Part shown: in pieces, positions 49,389 through 60,966 of the stretch
Numbering within the stretch: the stretch's first letter is position 1
Layout of the letters: every line of letters begins with the position of its first letter
Assembly (NCBI GenBank): GCA_965552055.1
Contig: CBEVQO010000007.1
Coordinates: forward strand, 1-64,000
Direction: 5' to 3'
DNA length: 64,000 nt
DNA from: an uncultured bacterium
GTDB lineage: Bacteria > Hydrothermota > UBA3073 > NMUJ01 > CBEVQO01
Position numbers and translations under genes: made by a program
Notes under the pieces: model-generated
The model's input: the letters and a program-made list of their open reading frames with translations, nothing else
Told to the model about the DNA's origin: nothing
The model's database searches: none

Positions 49389-51309
49389 AAAAGAAAAAAT
49401 TATAGGAATAGACCTTGGGACCACAAATTCTTGTGTTGCAATAGTTGAAGGTGGTGAGCCAAAAGTTATAGTCAATCCAGAAGGCGGAAGAATTACTCCA
49501 TCTGTCGTTACCTTTAAGGATGGTGAAATAATTGTTGGAATACAGGCAAAGAGACAACAAATACTTAACCCCGAAAATACAATTTATTCAATTAAAAGAT
49601 TTATGGGAAGAAGATACGATGAAGTTACAGAAGAAATAAAAAGAGTTCCTTATAAAGTAGTAAGAGGTCCCCATGACGACGCAAGAGTAGAAGTACAGGG
49701 CAAAGTTTATTCTCCGCCCGAAATTTCTGCAATGATTTTGAGATATTTGAAAAAGGCAGCGAGTGAGTATCTTGGGGAAGAAGTCAGGAAAGCGGTAATA
49801 ACCGTTCCTGCTTACTTTAACGATGCACAACGCCAGGCAACCAAAGATGCAGGAAGGATAGCAGGACTCGAAGTCGTAAGGATATTCAACGAGCCCACAG
49901 CAGCAGCATTAGCGTATGGACTTGATAAACAGGGGAAAACACAAAAAATCGCAGTTTATGACCTCGGAGGAGGCACCTTTGATATTTCAATTCTCGAAAT
50001 AGGTGAAGGTGTATATGAAGTGCTTGCAACAAATGGAGATACACATCTTGGAGGTGACGATTTTGACCAGAGAATAGTCGAATGGATTCTCGAAGAATTC
50101 AAAAAGCAACACGGGATTGATTTGAGGAATGATCGTCAGGCGATGCAAAGAATAAGGGAAGCAGCAGAAAGAGCAAAATGTGAGTTATCAACAAGATTGG
50201 AAACAACAATCAGTTTGCCTTTCATCTATGCAGATTCTTCGGGTCCAAAGCATATAGAATTGACATTAACGAGAGCAAAACTCGAAAGCATGGTTGAAGA
50301 TTTGATAGAAAGAACAAGGGGACCCTGTGAGCAGGCTCTTAAAGATGCGAAACTGCGTCCAGAAGATATAGATGCCGTTGTGCTTGTGGGTGGTATGACG
50401 CGTATGCCAAAGGTTCAGGAATTCGTAAAGGAATTCTTCGGTAAAGAGCCCTATAAAGGCATCAACCCTGATGAAGTGGTAGCAATAGGTGCAGCAATTC
50501 AGGCATCCATCCTTGCTGGCGAAATGAAAGAAGTGGTATTGCTCGATGTAACCCCTCTAACACTTGGAATAGAAGTACTCGGTGGAATAATGGAACCCAT
50601 AATTCCGAGAAATACAACTATACCTACAAGGAAATCAAAAATCTTTACCACTGCGGAAGATAATCAAACAGCAGTTACAATTAAAGTTTATCAGGGTGAG
50701 CGTAAAATGGCAGCGGATAATCGCCTTCTTGCACAATTTGACCTCGTTGGTATACCTCCTGCTCCCCGTGGTGTACCCCAAATTGAAGTAACATTTGATA
50801 TAGACGCAGATGGAATTTTGCATGTATCTGCAAAGGATTTAGGAACAGGTAAAGAGCAGAGTATAGTCATCAAATCAAGTAGTGGATTGACCGAAGAGGA
50901 AATCCAGAGAATGGTAGAAGAGGCAAAGAAATACGAGGAAGAAGATAGAAAGAAGAAAGAACTTGCAGAGACAAAGAACAAAGCAGATATGCTGATATAC
51001 ACAGTTGAAAAAAGTTTAAAAGAGGCAGGTGATAAAATACCTGAAACAGAGAAGAAAGAGATTCAAGCAGCTATTGAAGAATTAAAGAAAGCAATGCAGG
51101 GAAATAGCAAGGAAGAAATAGAAAGAAAGATGGACGAATTACAGAGAAAGTCCCATAGGATAGCAGAAGTGCTCTACAGAAAAGCAGCAGGAACAGGTGG
51201 AACTGCTACAGGAGGTGGTACACAAACAGAAGGAAAGAAAGAAGAGAAAAAAGAAGAAAAAGTGGATTATGAAATCATAGAGGAAGAAGATAAAGATAAA
51301 GGTAACTGA
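49381..51309 (+). CDS. dnaK: Hsp70 chaperone
   Basis: [25 protein letters not shown]. Confidence 0.99.
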   Translation: MAKKEKIIGIDLGTTNSCVAIVEGGEPKVIVNPEGGRITPSVVTFKDGEIIVGIQAKRQQILNPENTIYSIKRFMGRRYDEVTEEIKRVPYKVVRGPHDDARVEVQGKVYSPPEISAMILRYLKKAASEYLGEEVRKAVITVPAYFNDAQRQATKDAGRIAGLEVVRIFNEPTAAALAYGLDKQGKTQKIAVYDLGGGTFDISILEIGEGVYEVLATNGDTHLGGDDFDQRIVEWILEEFKKQHGIDLRNDRQAMQRIREAAERAKCELSTRLETTISLPFIYADSSGPKHIELTLTRAKLESMVEDLIERTRGPCEQALKDAKLRPEDIDAVVLVGGMTRMPKVQEFVKEFFGKEPYKGINPDEVVAIGAAIQASILAGEMKEVVLLDVTPLTLGIEVLGGIMEPIIPRNTTIPTRKSKIFTTAEDNQTAVTIKVYQGERKMAADNRLLAQFDLVGIPPAPRGVPQIEVTFDIDADGILHVSAKDLGTGKEQSIVIKSSSGLTEEEIQRMVEEAKKYEEEDRKKKELAETKNKADMLIYTVEKSLKEAGDKIPETEKKEIQAAIEELKKAMQGNSKEEIERKMDELQRKSHRIAEVLYRKAAGTGGTATGGGTQTEGKKEEKKEEKVDYEIIEEEDKDKGN

Positions 51310-52445
51310 TGCCTGCAACAAAAAAAGATTATTACGAAATACTTGGAGTAAGTAGAGACGCATCCCCCGAAGAAATAAAAAGAGCATATAGAAGACTTGC
51401 AATGAAATGGCATCCCGATAAGAATCCGCATAATCGCAAAGAAGCAGAAGAAAAATTTAAAGAAATATCGGAAGCTTACGAAGTTTTGATGGACCCTGAG
51501 AAACGCAGATTATACGATATGTATGGGCATGCAGGCGTGGAACAGCAATTTGGACCACAGGGCTTTACATGGGAACATTTCACCCATTTTGATGACCTTG
51601 AGGATATATTTGGAAATCTTTACGATAGTTTTAGCGAAAGCTTAAGAGATTTCTTTGGTGCAGATATTTTTGATAGATTTTTCAGAAAAAGAGAATCACC
51701 CTATGTAAAAAGAAGAGGCGAAGATATAAGAGTGAGATTACATTTAAAACTTGAAGATATAGCAAAAGGCGTTAGCAAGAAGATACAGATAGAGCGTTAT
51801 GAGCGCTGTAAAGCATGTGGTGGAACGGGTGCAACAGGTTACAGGACATGTCCCGAATGCGGAGGAACCGGCAGGATAAGGCGTCAGACGCGGTCTGTTT
51901 TTGGCTTTTTATACATGGATACAACATGCCCGAGATGCAAAGGAACAGGAAGGATACCCGAAAGGAACTGTGCACAATGCGGAGGAACAGGTAGGGTAAA
52001 AGTAAAAAGACAGATTAATTTGAGGATACCACCTGGTGTAGAAGATGGTGCAGTTTTCACATTGCATGGCGAAGGTAACGCAGGGTTAAATGGGGGTCCC
52101 CCGGGTGATCTCATTATCATAATAAAAGAAGAACCACATCCAGTTTTCAAGAGAGAAGGTTTAAATTTAAGAGCAAAGGTATATATTCCTTTCACAAAGG
52201 CAGTTCTGGGAGGCGAAGTTGAAGTGCCAACACTTGATGGCAAAGCAAGGATAAAGATTGCCCCAGGTACACAATCGGGTACTGTCATAAAATTAAAGGG
52301 AAAAGGATTATCAGCAGACGGAATGAGAGGAGACGAATATGTAGAACTCGTGGTATGGGTGCCGAAAGATTTACCACCTGAAGCAAAAGAACTACTCAAA
52401 AAATTAGAGGCTTTAATAGGTAAACCTCCAGAGTATAAAAAATAA
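51309..52445 (+). CDS. dnaJ: Hsp40 chaperone
   Basis: HPD motif and four CxxCxGxG repeats. Confidence 0.98.
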   Translation: MPATKKDYYEILGVSRDASPEEIKRAYRRLAMKWHPDKNPHNRKEAEEKFKEISEAYEVLMDPEKRRLYDMYGHAGVEQQFGPQGFTWEHFTHFDDLEDIFGNLYDSFSESLRDFFGADIFDRFFRKRESPYVKRRGEDIRVRLHLKLEDIAKGVSKKIQIERYERCKACGGTGATGYRTCPECGGTGRIRRQTRSVFGFLYMDTTCPRCKGTGRIPERNCAQCGGTGRVKVKRQINLRIPPGVEDGAVFTLHGEGNAGLNGGPPGDLIIIIKEEPHPVFKREGLNLRAKVYIPFTKAVLGGEVEVPTLDGKARIKIAPGTQSGTVIKLKGKGLSADGMRGDEYVELVVWVPKDLPPEAKELLKKLEALIGKPPEYKK

Positions 52446-53167
52446 TGCCTTATTTTTACGCACCTCCGGAAAATATAAAGAAAGATGTTATAATTTTTCA
52501 GGATGAAGAATCGCATCATATAAAAGATGTTTTGCGTAAGAAACCGGGCGACTCTATATGGGTGACCGATGGAGAAGGTAGATTGTGGCTTTGTGTCATA
52601 GAAAAATCTTTTAAGAAAAGAGTAGAGGCAAAAATAATTCAGGAAATAGAAGAAAGAAATGACCCCGAAGAAGAAATCACATTAGCAGCACCCATCCCAA
52701 AAGGCAAAAGAATAGATTTTATGATAGAAAAAGCAACAGAATTAGGAATTAGAAAATTTATACCGCTTATAACCCAAAGGTCCGAAATAGAGACATGCAG
52801 AAGAGATAGATTAAGAAGAATAGCCATAAGTGCAATAAAGCAATCGGAAAGAACCATTTTGCCAGAAATAGAAGAACCTACACACTTCGGAAAAGTACTC
52901 GAACAAATAAAAAATTACGATATAGCCATTATGGGATTTAAAGAAAGTAAAGAAATACTCGATGGAATAATTAAGGGCAAAAAGAAAATACTTGTGATTG
53001 TTGGTCCGGAAGGAGGGTTCACCCAGGAGGAATATGAATCTGCCCTGAAATGCGGGATAATACCTGTGACGCTTGGTAAAACAACTTTAAGAATAGAAAC
53101 AGCAGCAATTGCTCTTTTAAGCATAATAATGAATGAAATAACAAAAAGTAAGAAGGAGCGAGGATGA
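52445..53167 (+). CDS. rsmE: 16S rRNA m3U1498 methyltransferase
   Basis: HHIKDVLR, EKATELG, GPEGGF, LRIETA. Confidence 0.95.
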   Translation: MPYFYAPPENIKKDVIIFQDEESHHIKDVLRKKPGDSIWVTDGEGRLWLCVIEKSFKKRVEAKIIQEIEERNDPEEEITLAAPIPKGKRIDFMIEKATELGIRKFIPLITQRSEIETCRRDRLRRIAISAIKQSERTILPEIEEPTHFGKVLEQIKNYDIAIMGFKESKEILDGIIKGKKKILVIVGPEGGFTQEEYESALKCGIIPVTLGKTTLRIETAAIALLSIIMNEITKSKKERG

Positions 53168-53553
53168 AACTCGAACAGATTTTTGCAAACATTGAATTGA
53201 AATTTAAAGATAAAGTCAAAAGAGTAAAATTAATGGTTGATACCGGAGCAAGCAAAAGCGTAATTTCCCGTAAAATTGCAGAAGAACTCGGTGCACTCAC
53301 ATTGCTTGAAAAACCTTATTATCTTTATACTGCACAGAAGGACGGAAAGATAAAAATCATAGGATACTGTAACCTTGATATCAAATTCGAAGGAGTTGAA
53401 ATTCCCGGTGGCACAAGGTTTGAGGTAGCAGAAGATGTTAGAGAAGATTTCACAGGTGTAATCGGCAGACCAGAGATTGATTCATGGGATATAATTTTTA
53501 CAAAGGAAGGACCAAGGCTTCGTAAAGTGCCCGTAGAATTTAAAATAATATAA
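53164..53553 (+). CDS. Retropepsin-like aspartyl protease
   Basis: MVDTGASKSVI and VIGR motifs. Confidence 0.8.
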   Translation: MKLEQIFANIELKFKDKVKRVKLMVDTGASKSVISRKIAEELGALTLLEKPYYLYTAQKDGKIKIIGYCNLDIKFEGVEIPGGTRFEVAEDVREDFTGVIGRPEIDSWDIIFTKEGPRLRKVPVEFKII

Positions 53554-53566
53554 AAAGGAGGGGAGA

Positions 53567-53740
53567 ATGATAACAGTAGAGGTACAGGATGGTGAATCTT
53601 TTGAGAAAGCATTTAAAAGATTCAAAAGATTATGCGAAAGAGAAAGAATATTGACAGAGATTAAAAAGCATCAGTATTACTATAAACCAAGCGAAATAAG
53701 AAGACAAAAATTGTTGAAACTTAAAAGAAAGAAAAAATAA
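53567..53740 (+). CDS. rpsU: 30S ribosomal protein S21 (57 aa; absent from ORF track)
   Basis: MITVEVQDGESFEKAFKRFKR..EIKKHQYYYKPS; AGGAGG RBS. Confidence 0.93.
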   Translation: MITVEVQDGESFEKAFKRFKRLCERERILTEIKKHQYYYKPSEIRRQKLLKLKRKKK

Positions 53741-55732
53741 ATGCTGAAAATCGAATCAATTGACTGGAAAAAGATTCGTGAATTGGTGGCTAAAAATACA
53801 CAAACAGATAAAGGAAAAGAGAAAGCACTTAAAATATTGCCATATAAGGACAGAAAAACCGCAGAGAAAGAAATAAAATGGATAACCGAATTGAAATATC
53901 TTTTGAAGACAAAAAATCTTACACCTTTCCCCGATAAAGAAATAAAAGAAATATTTGAAAATGTTAAAAAACACTTGTTGATAAAACCGGAAGAAGCGGT
54001 TAAAATTCTTTCTTTCCTTGAACATGTAGAAAAACTGAAAAATAATCTAAAAGATAAAAATCTCGAAATACATGAATTTATCAAAAATTTTGACCCTCTC
54101 CCCCATCTTCAAAATGAGTTAAAGAACACATTTACAAAAGACGGCAAGATTGATAGAAGAAAAAATAAAAGATTATGGGAACTTGAAATAGAAATTGCAG
54201 AGATAAAAGCAAAACTTGAAAAAGAAGCAGAAAAACTAATTAATAAATACAGAAAATATTTGCAGGATGAATTCTGGACATTGCGTAATAATCGCTTTGT
54301 AATTCCCGTTAAATTAGGTGCACAGGGAGAAGTTAAAGGAATAATACACGATGTATCAAATTCAGAAAAAACAGTTTTCCTCGAACCACTTGAAATACTG
54401 TCTCTAAATAATGAATTGCAGGAAAAAGAAATAGAAAAGAAGGCAGAAGAAGAAAAAATTTTAAAGAAAATAACAAATTTGTTGAGAGAAAATATAAATA
54501 CGCTTGAAAAAAATTTAGAACTCATGATTGAGTTTGATTTATTACTCGCTAAAGCAAAATTATCTTTGATTTATCATTTTACAGAACCAATTTTAAAAGA
54601 AGATGGCAATTTATTGATAAAAGGAGGTCGTCATCCTGTATTGATGCTTCAAAAGAAAGTTATTCCTCTTGATATCGAAATTGGTAATGGATTTACAACG
54701 CTTCTGATAACAGGTCCAAATATGGGTGGTAAAACATGTGCACTTGAGACAGTGGGCTTTATCGTATTAATGGCGATGTCAGGAATGCATGTACCGGCAG
54801 AATATGCGGAAATACCTTTTTACGAAAATTTATTCTTTGATTTAATTGATGAATCACGCTTTCAGCATGAGCTCTCTACATTCGGAATGCATCTGCTAAA
54901 CATGAATGAAGCACTTGAGTGTGCCAGTAAAAAATCTTTAATTCTAATTGACGAAATAGGGAGAGGAACAGACCCAATTGAAGGTAATGCTTTATCCTGT
55001 GCTTTTCTTGAGCGCTTCACAGAAATTGGTGCACATACAATTTGCACAACACATCAGACACCCCTTAAATACTTTGTAAAAGCAAGTAAAGGGATGGAAG
55101 CAGGAGCAATGGAATTTAAAGAAGGAAAACCAACTTATAGATTAATAATAGGTGAAATCGGGACTTCAAGAGCAATAGAAGTAGCAAAAAGCTTGAAAAT
55201 AGACGAAAAAATAATAAAAAGAGCAGAGGAAATTATGGAGAAAGAAGAGTTAAAAGCATCGAAATTGATTAATAAAATGGAAAAAGAGATACAAATATTG
55301 AAAGAAAGAATAGAGAAGTTAGAAAAAGAACTTGAAGAAAAGAAAGAAGGAAAAATTGAAAGAGAGGAAAAGGCAATAAAAGTTGAAAAAGCCGAAAGGA
55401 AAGAATTAAAAAATAAAAAGAAAGAAGAAAGGAAATCTTCTCTTGGCATACTTGATACATTGAAATCGGTGCAAAAAGAAGTTGTAAAAGATAAAATAGA
55501 TTTTGAAGATGAAATAAATTTGATGGGATTACATCGTGAAGAGGCTCTTAAAAAGTTACAGAAATTCATAGATGACGCAATTGTCGCGGGATTGCCAGAA
55601 ATAAGGGTTATTCACGGTATAGGAGGAGGTGTACTCATGCAGGCAGTTAGAGATTTTTTAAAGAAAGATGATAGAATAGAAACATTTTACACACAGGGCG
55701 GAATAACTTATGTAAAGTTTTATGAAGATTAG
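53741..55732 (+). CDS. mutS2: MutS2 (ATPase + Smr domain), compact form
   Basis: ITGPNMGGKT, LSTF, DEIGRGTDP, Smr IHGIGGGVL. Confidence 0.9.
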   Translation: MLKIESIDWKKIRELVAKNTQTDKGKEKALKILPYKDRKTAEKEIKWITELKYLLKTKNLTPFPDKEIKEIFENVKKHLLIKPEEAVKILSFLEHVEKLKNNLKDKNLEIHEFIKNFDPLPHLQNELKNTFTKDGKIDRRKNKRLWELEIEIAEIKAKLEKEAEKLINKYRKYLQDEFWTLRNNRFVIPVKLGAQGEVKGIIHDVSNSEKTVFLEPLEILSLNNELQEKEIEKKAEEEKILKKITNLLRENINTLEKNLELMIEFDLLLAKAKLSLIYHFTEPILKEDGNLLIKGGRHPVLMLQKKVIPLDIEIGNGFTTLLITGPNMGGKTCALETVGFIVLMAMSGMHVPAEYAEIPFYENLFFDLIDESRFQHELSTFGMHLLNMNEALECASKKSLILIDEIGRGTDPIEGNALSCAFLERFTEIGAHTICTTHQTPLKYFVKASKGMEAGAMEFKEGKPTYRLIIGEIGTSRAIEVAKSLKIDEKIIKRAEEIMEKEELKASKLINKMEKEIQILKERIEKLEKELEEKKEGKIEREEKAIKVEKAERKELKNKKKEERKSSLGILDTLKSVQKEVVKDKIDFEDEINLMGLHREEALKKLQKFIDDAIVAGLPEIRVIHGIGGGVLMQAVRDFLKKDDRIETFYTQGGITYVKFYED

Positions 55733-57380
55733 TCCTGAAAAAATAAGGGAAATACTTGAAGCAAATCCCATCCTGGAAGTTTTAAGCGAATATCTTGACC
55801 TTAAAAAAGTAGGAAAACAGTATAGATGCCTTTGCCCATTTCACCACGATACAAAACCTTCTTTCTATGTATCACCTGATAAAGGTCTATTCCATTGCTT
55901 TGGATGTGGCAAAAGCGGAAATGTTATTCACTTTTTAATGGAATACAAGGGAATGACTTTCGTTGAAGCTGTAAGATATCTTGCAGAAAGGCGGGGTATT
56001 AAGTTAACATGGGAGCCTTCCGAAAATAGAAGGTTATATGAGCTTTGTGAATTTGCGGCTAAATTTTATCACAATCTTTTATTTTCTAAGGATGGTATGC
56101 TCGCAAGAAAATATCTTGAAAAAAGGGGAGTCAGTCAGGAAATAATTGAGGAATTTAAAATAGGTTATGCACCCGCATCCGGCAATGTATTCTTTGAAAT
56201 AGCAAGAGATGAAGGCTTTTCGCCAGAAGAAATAGAAAAAGCGGGTCTCGCAATAAATGCCGATGGAGAATACATCGATAAATTCAGAGGAAGAGTAATG
56301 TTTCCAATAAAAGACGCTTACGGCAAAATAATAGGTTTTGGTGGAAGAGTACTTGATGATAGAGAGCCAAAATATATGAATTCACCTGAAACCCCGATTT
56401 TTAAGAAAAATCAGACACTTTATGGACTTGATATTGCGAAAGAATACATAAGACGGGAAGATTACGCTATACTTGTCGAAGGATACATGGATTTGATAAG
56501 TTTGCATCAATATGGGATAAAGAATGTTGTTGCGAGTTTGGGCACATCTTTAACAGAAGGTCAGGCTCAACTCCTTTCTCGCTATACGAAAAATGTTTAT
56601 ATTTTCTACGATGCGGATGAAAGCGGTAAAAAAGCAGCAGATAGAGCAATTGATGTGCTACTGAAAGCAGGTATTTATCCCAAAATCCTTTTACCAGAAG
56701 AAGGCGACCCCGATGAATTTATAAGAAAAGAAGGTAAAGAAGGATTTGAAAAATTGTTAAAAAAGGAGCTTGACTTTATCGATTTTCGAATATCTAAATG
56801 TGATACATTGGAAAGGAAGCTTCAGATATCTCATCGTTTCGCAGAAACATTATCGCAAATCCCCGAAGGAATACAAAAAGAAATACTAAAAAAAGAAATA
56901 GCAGAAAGATTGGGAATTCCAGAAAATGCGTTAACAATTACAAGATACATCCCGGAGAGGAAAAAAGGAAACATAAAAATTGACCCGGTTGAAGAAATAG
57001 AAATAAAAATGCTCGCACTCGCAGCAAGAGCAGAAAATCTATGTAACTTGATAAAAAATAAATTTACATCAAACAATGAAAAAATAATGGAAATAGCGGA
57101 AAAAGTTTTTAGCGGAATGAAACCAGAAGAGTTAGTAAATGAACTCGAGGAAGATAAAAGAAACATTTTTATAAAAGCAATGTTTGAAGACAAAATGAAA
57201 GAGGACGAAGAAGTATTAAATCAGCTTATCGAAAGAAAAGAAGAATTTTTAAACAGGAAAAGATGCGAAGAGATTAAAAAATTGATTCGCGAAAAAGAAG
57301 CGAAAGGAGAGGAAATTCCTTTGGAATTGTTGCTTGAGCTTAATAGACTGAGAAAAAAAAGGGAGGGGAATTATGGATAA
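55722..57380 (+). CDS. dnaG: DNA primase
   Basis: CPFH..CFGC zinc finger, KYMNSPET, EGYMD, DADESG, DPD. Confidence 0.98.
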   Translation: MKISPEKIREILEANPILEVLSEYLDLKKVGKQYRCLCPFHHDTKPSFYVSPDKGLFHCFGCGKSGNVIHFLMEYKGMTFVEAVRYLAERRGIKLTWEPSENRRLYELCEFAAKFYHNLLFSKDGMLARKYLEKRGVSQEIIEEFKIGYAPASGNVFFEIARDEGFSPEEIEKAGLAINADGEYIDKFRGRVMFPIKDAYGKIIGFGGRVLDDREPKYMNSPETPIFKKNQTLYGLDIAKEYIRREDYAILVEGYMDLISLHQYGIKNVVASLGTSLTEGQAQLLSRYTKNVYIFYDADESGKKAADRAIDVLLKAGIYPKILLPEEGDPDEFIRKEGKEGFEKLLKKELDFIDFRISKCDTLERKLQISHRFAETLSQIPEGIQKEILKKEIAERLGIPENALTITRYIPERKKGNIKIDPVEEIEIKMLALAARAENLCNLIKNKFTSNNEKIMEIAEKVFSGMKPEELVNELEEDKRNIFIKAMFEDKMKEDEEVLNQLIERKEEFLNRKRCEEIKKLIREKEAKGEEIPLELLLELNRLRKKREGNYG

Positions 57381-59100
57381 AATTAGAAGAATTGTTGAAA
57401 AACTTGTCAATATAGATGGAACTGTTAGCTATGAAGAGATAAACGAAGCAATGGGTGAAGAAAATCTCAGTCCGGATGAACTCGAAAAGGTAATAGAAGA
57501 ACTGCAGGCAATGGGAATAAAAATAGTAGAAGAGAAAGAAAGGAAAAAGAAGAAAAGGGGACCGAAATCGAAGCTATCGGAACTCCTTGATAAAATTGAA
57601 GAATTAGATAAGGATGAATTCACATACGAGGAGCTCGGCGAAATAGTTGGAAAAGAAGGATTAATGCAGGATGAGCTCGAAGAATTTATGGACGAATTGG
57701 ATAAAAGAGGGATAAAAGTCATAAGCAGTGAAGAGCGTAAGAAAAGACATAAAGGAGCAAGGTATGAGGATTCTGTTGGATTGTATTTAAATGAAGTCCA
57801 AAATTTAAAACTTCAATCAAGAGAACAGGAGCAAGAAGCAGCTCGAAAAATAGAAGAAGGATACAGGGAAATAACAAAAGCTATCTTCGGAACATTGCTC
57901 GCACCAAGAGAGCTACTGAAATACAAAGAAAAAATAGAAAAAGATAAATTAAATGTCGAACATTTTATAAGATTGGGTATAGCTAAGCCAACGCATGCAC
58001 ATTTGAATAAAGAAAAGAAAAGAATTTTAAAAATATTATCACAAATAGAACAGAAATACAATGAAATCGAAAAAATGAGAGAAAATAATTGCCACGCAAA
58101 AGATTACAAAAGGAAGAAAAAAAGAATTAAAAATCTGGTAATAGCACTTGACCTGCAATTCAAATACCTCGATGAAATAGTCAAAAAATTGAGAGATGCA
58201 TACGCAAAAATGATGGAATATGTTGATAAAATTAAAATAACTGAAGATAAAGAAGAGATAGAACATCTTAAAAATGAATTACGCAAAATTGAATGGGATG
58301 TGGGTATGCGTCACTGGAATCTTAAAAAAGTTTTGGAGGATGTAGATAAATGGCAGAAAATTATTGAAAAAGGCAAACAAGAAATTGTTGAAGCAAATGT
58401 AAGGCTCGTAATCGCAACCGCAAAGAAATTTGTAAATAGAGGACTCGACCTATCAGACCTTATTCAGGAAGGAAATTGTGGACTGATGAAAGCGATACAG
58501 CGTTTTAATTACAAAAAAGGATATAAATTTGGCACCTATGCAACATGGTGGGTGCGTCAGCAGATAATGAAAGCAATCAGTGAACACTCAAGGGTTTACA
58601 GAATACCTCCTCATATGTCAAATCTTATGAGCAAAGTGCAAAGGGCAAGAAAGGAGCTACAGCAGTTAGGCAGGGAGCCCACACTCACTGAGATCGCAAG
58701 AAAAACAGGCTTGCCAGTTAAAAAAGTAAAAGAAGTTTTCAGAATGGAACAGGGACCTATCTCACTTGATAAACAGATTGGAACAAGGAGCGATGGAACA
58801 CCCATAGGAGACCTTGTGCCCGATACCGATAAAAAAACTTCACCATCAAAAGATATACATCTGAAAATAATAAGAGAAAAACTGGAAATGGCATTGAGAG
58901 ATTTGCCAAGAAAGGAATACGAAATACTCACAATAAGATACGGATTGGTTGACGGAGTGCCAAAAACTTTAGAGGAAGTAGGAGATATGTTTAATCTTAC
59001 AAGGGAAAGAATACGACAAATAGAAAAGAAAGCACTCAAAAGATTGAGATGTAAAGAGAAAAGCGAAATTTTAAAACCTTTGCTCGACTTACTTGAATGA
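57373..59100 (+). CDS. rpoD: Primary sigma factor with duplicated region 1.1
   Basis: DLIQEGN, YATWW, TLEEVG..TRERIRQIE; follows dnaG. Confidence 0.93.
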   Translation: MDKIRRIVEKLVNIDGTVSYEEINEAMGEENLSPDELEKVIEELQAMGIKIVEEKERKKKKRGPKSKLSELLDKIEELDKDEFTYEELGEIVGKEGLMQDELEEFMDELDKRGIKVISSEERKKRHKGARYEDSVGLYLNEVQNLKLQSREQEQEAARKIEEGYREITKAIFGTLLAPRELLKYKEKIEKDKLNVEHFIRLGIAKPTHAHLNKEKKRILKILSQIEQKYNEIEKMRENNCHAKDYKRKKKRIKNLVIALDLQFKYLDEIVKKLRDAYAKMMEYVDKIKITEDKEEIEHLKNELRKIEWDVGMRHWNLKKVLEDVDKWQKIIEKGKQEIVEANVRLVIATAKKFVNRGLDLSDLIQEGNCGLMKAIQRFNYKKGYKFGTYATWWVRQQIMKAISEHSRVYRIPPHMSNLMSKVQRARKELQQLGREPTLTEIARKTGLPVKKVKEVFRMEQGPISLDKQIGTRSDGTPIGDLVPDTDKKTSPSKDIHLKIIREKLEMALRDLPRKEYEILTIRYGLVDGVPKTLEEVGDMFNLTRERIRQIEKKALKRLRCKEKSEILKPLLDLLE

Positions 59101-59501
59101 AAAATATAAAGAGGATCATCGATGCTAATCTGAACAGGCTCGCAGAAGGATTAAGAGTGCTCGAGGATTTTTGCAGATTCTCTCTGGAAGATAAAGAATT
59201 TGCAGATAAGTTTAGAAATTTACGCCACAAAATCAGAAAATTGCCAAAATATTTTATCGAAGAAAGAGCATCAGACACAGATATGTATAGAGAACCCGAA
59301 GAAGATAATCAAAATTATGAGGATGTAAAAAATCTGATAGAAGCAAATTTCAAAAGATGCGAAGAAGCATGCAGAGTCATCGAAGAATTTGGTAAACTAA
59401 TAAATGGTAAACTGGTAAAAGAGATAAAACCCGTTAGATTTTCTCTTTATCAGATTGAAAAAGAATTGTGGGAAAAATTAAATTCTGGCTATACGCAGTA
59501 A
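59097..59501 (+). CDS. ThiD2-like HMP-P kinase domain (stand-alone)
   Basis: RIIDANLNRLAEGLRVLED and ANFKRCEEACRVIEE repeats; upstream of thiE. Confidence 0.8.
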   Translation: MKNIKRIIDANLNRLAEGLRVLEDFCRFSLEDKEFADKFRNLRHKIRKLPKYFIEERASDTDMYREPEEDNQNYEDVKNLIEANFKRCEEACRVIEEFGKLINGKLVKEIKPVRFSLYQIEKELWEKLNSGYTQ

Positions 59502-60100
59502 TCGGACAATACACGGGTAGAAGAAAATTAGAATGGATAACAGAAGAATTATGCAAAGCACAGGTAAATGTGATACAACTTCGTCTCAAAAATGTAACTC
59601 AAAGGCAATTTTATGAAAAAGCTGTCAAAGTAAAAGAAATCTGCACAAAGTATAAAATTCCCCTGATAATAAATGACAGGATAGACATTTGCCTTGCAGT
59701 TAATGCAGATGGTGTACATCTCGGTGAAAAAGATATTCCCCCTGATGTCGCAAGGAAAATTTTGGGAAAAGAAAAAATTATAGGGCTAACTGTGAGAAGT
59801 CTGGAAACTGCTTTAAAATACAAAGATTTTGTCGATTATTTCTCTGCCGGAAATATTTTCCCATCTAAAACAAAACCCAAACCACCTGTATCTCCACAAT
59901 TTGTTAAAGAAATAAAAGAAAAGACAGGAAAAATATGCCTCGGTATAGGCGGAATAACGCTTGAAAATGTGGATAAAGCGCTTGCATATGGCATAGATGG
60001 CGTCTGTATCGCAAAAGATTTGCTCGATAGAGAAAATATAAGAGAACATGCAGAAAAATTGTTAACGAGAATACTTCATTATCTTTCTCAAAGAGGATAA
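59468..60100 (+). CDS. thiE: Thiamine-phosphate synthase
   Basis: IQLRLK, IINDR, ADGVHLG, SKTK, IGGIT. Confidence 0.93.
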   Translation: MGKIKFWLYAVIGQYTGRRKLEWITEELCKAQVNVIQLRLKNVTQRQFYEKAVKVKEICTKYKIPLIINDRIDICLAVNADGVHLGEKDIPPDVARKILGKEKIIGLTVRSLETALKYKDFVDYFSAGNIFPSKTKPKPPVSPQFVKEIKEKTGKICLGIGGITLENVDKALAYGIDGVCIAKDLLDRENIREHAEKLLTRILHYLSQRG

Positions 60101-60376
60101 ATCTTTTAAAACTTCGCCTGCTATTTTGCGCTTCTCTTCAAGAAATTCTTTTAACTTCTTATTCTTCTCTAAAGCACTCTGCATCATACTCTTTGCAAAG
60201 GACTTTATTTTTCGATTATCCTTATGCTTTTCGAGGTATTCTATTATTTTTTTTACTACCTCTCCCCTTTCTTCTATCAATTTGCCTGCTTCCTCTAAAT
60301 TATATTTTTCGATTTCTTTTTTTATTTTTTCCGTTAGATTTTCAAATCTCCTGAATAACTCTGTTATTTCTGTCAT
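60062..60376 (-). CDS. Helical protein, FliT-like
   Basis: About 100 aa helical protein with LIEER motif; context-based call. Confidence 0.45.
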   Translation of the reverse strand: MTEITELFRRFENLTEKIKKEIEKYNLEEAGKLIEERGEVVKKIIEYLEKHKDNRKIKSFAKSMMQSALEKNKKLKEFLEEKRKIAGEVLKDLSSLRKIMKYSR

Positions 60377-60966
60377 TTCTTTGCTTTAATTTCGTTGATG
60401 ATTTCTCTAATAAGTGTCTGCCATTTTCTTAAATGTGGTGCGAGTTCATATTCCAGCACATCGCTCAAAGCAAACCAATCCCTTTTTGTGTGCGCTTCTT
60501 CAATTTTCTCAACTATTGTAGCAAGTTCGTCACAAATTTTAATGATTCGTGCACCATCCATACGCAAAATAGCACGCGGACCTTGGATAACATAGGTGAG
60601 CCACCACAAACCATCTGCAAGCGAAGCAAGAAGCTCATGGGCTTCCTTTTCTTCACCAACACGATAAAGCAAAGCAATATGTTCAACGCTCGGAATCAAC
60701 CTGTCAAGATATTCATCGGCGTCATGTAAAGCACTCTCCACTACCTCCTTCGGTGATTTCAGCTCAAATTCGACATCAGAAAGTTTACCAACTTCTTTCT
60801 GCCACAGCTCAGATTCGCTGCCTATATAAAGGTCTTCATCGCCCACTTTTACCTTTGTCAAAACTTTACCTTCGGCATTCGCTTTTAATTGCATCTCAAA
60901 TGTCAGGTCCTCAAGGCGTTTTTTGTCGTCTACTTCTATCTCCCTTTCACCAAATTTCACAAACAT
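60373..60966 (-). CDS. Conserved hypothetical protein of flagellar glycosylation loci
   Basis: C-terminal DWFALSDVLEYEL motif. Confidence 0.6.
   Translation of the reverse strand: MFVKFGEREIEVDDKKRLEDLTFEMQLKANAEGKVLTKVKVGDEDLYIGSESELWQKEVGKLSDVEFELKSPKEVVESALHDADEYLDRLIPSVEHIALLYRVGEEKEAHELLASLADGLWWLTYVIQGPRAILRMDGARIIKICDELATIVEKIEEAHTKRDWFALSDVLEYELAPHLRKWQTLIREIINEIKAKK

Noticed and set aside
59460..59501. Programmed frameshift fusing ThiD2 and ThiE
   Set aside because: There is a 34-nt overlap with GGGAAAAA but no proper in-frame slippery heptamer; stand-alone ThiD2 plus a GTG start is sufficient.
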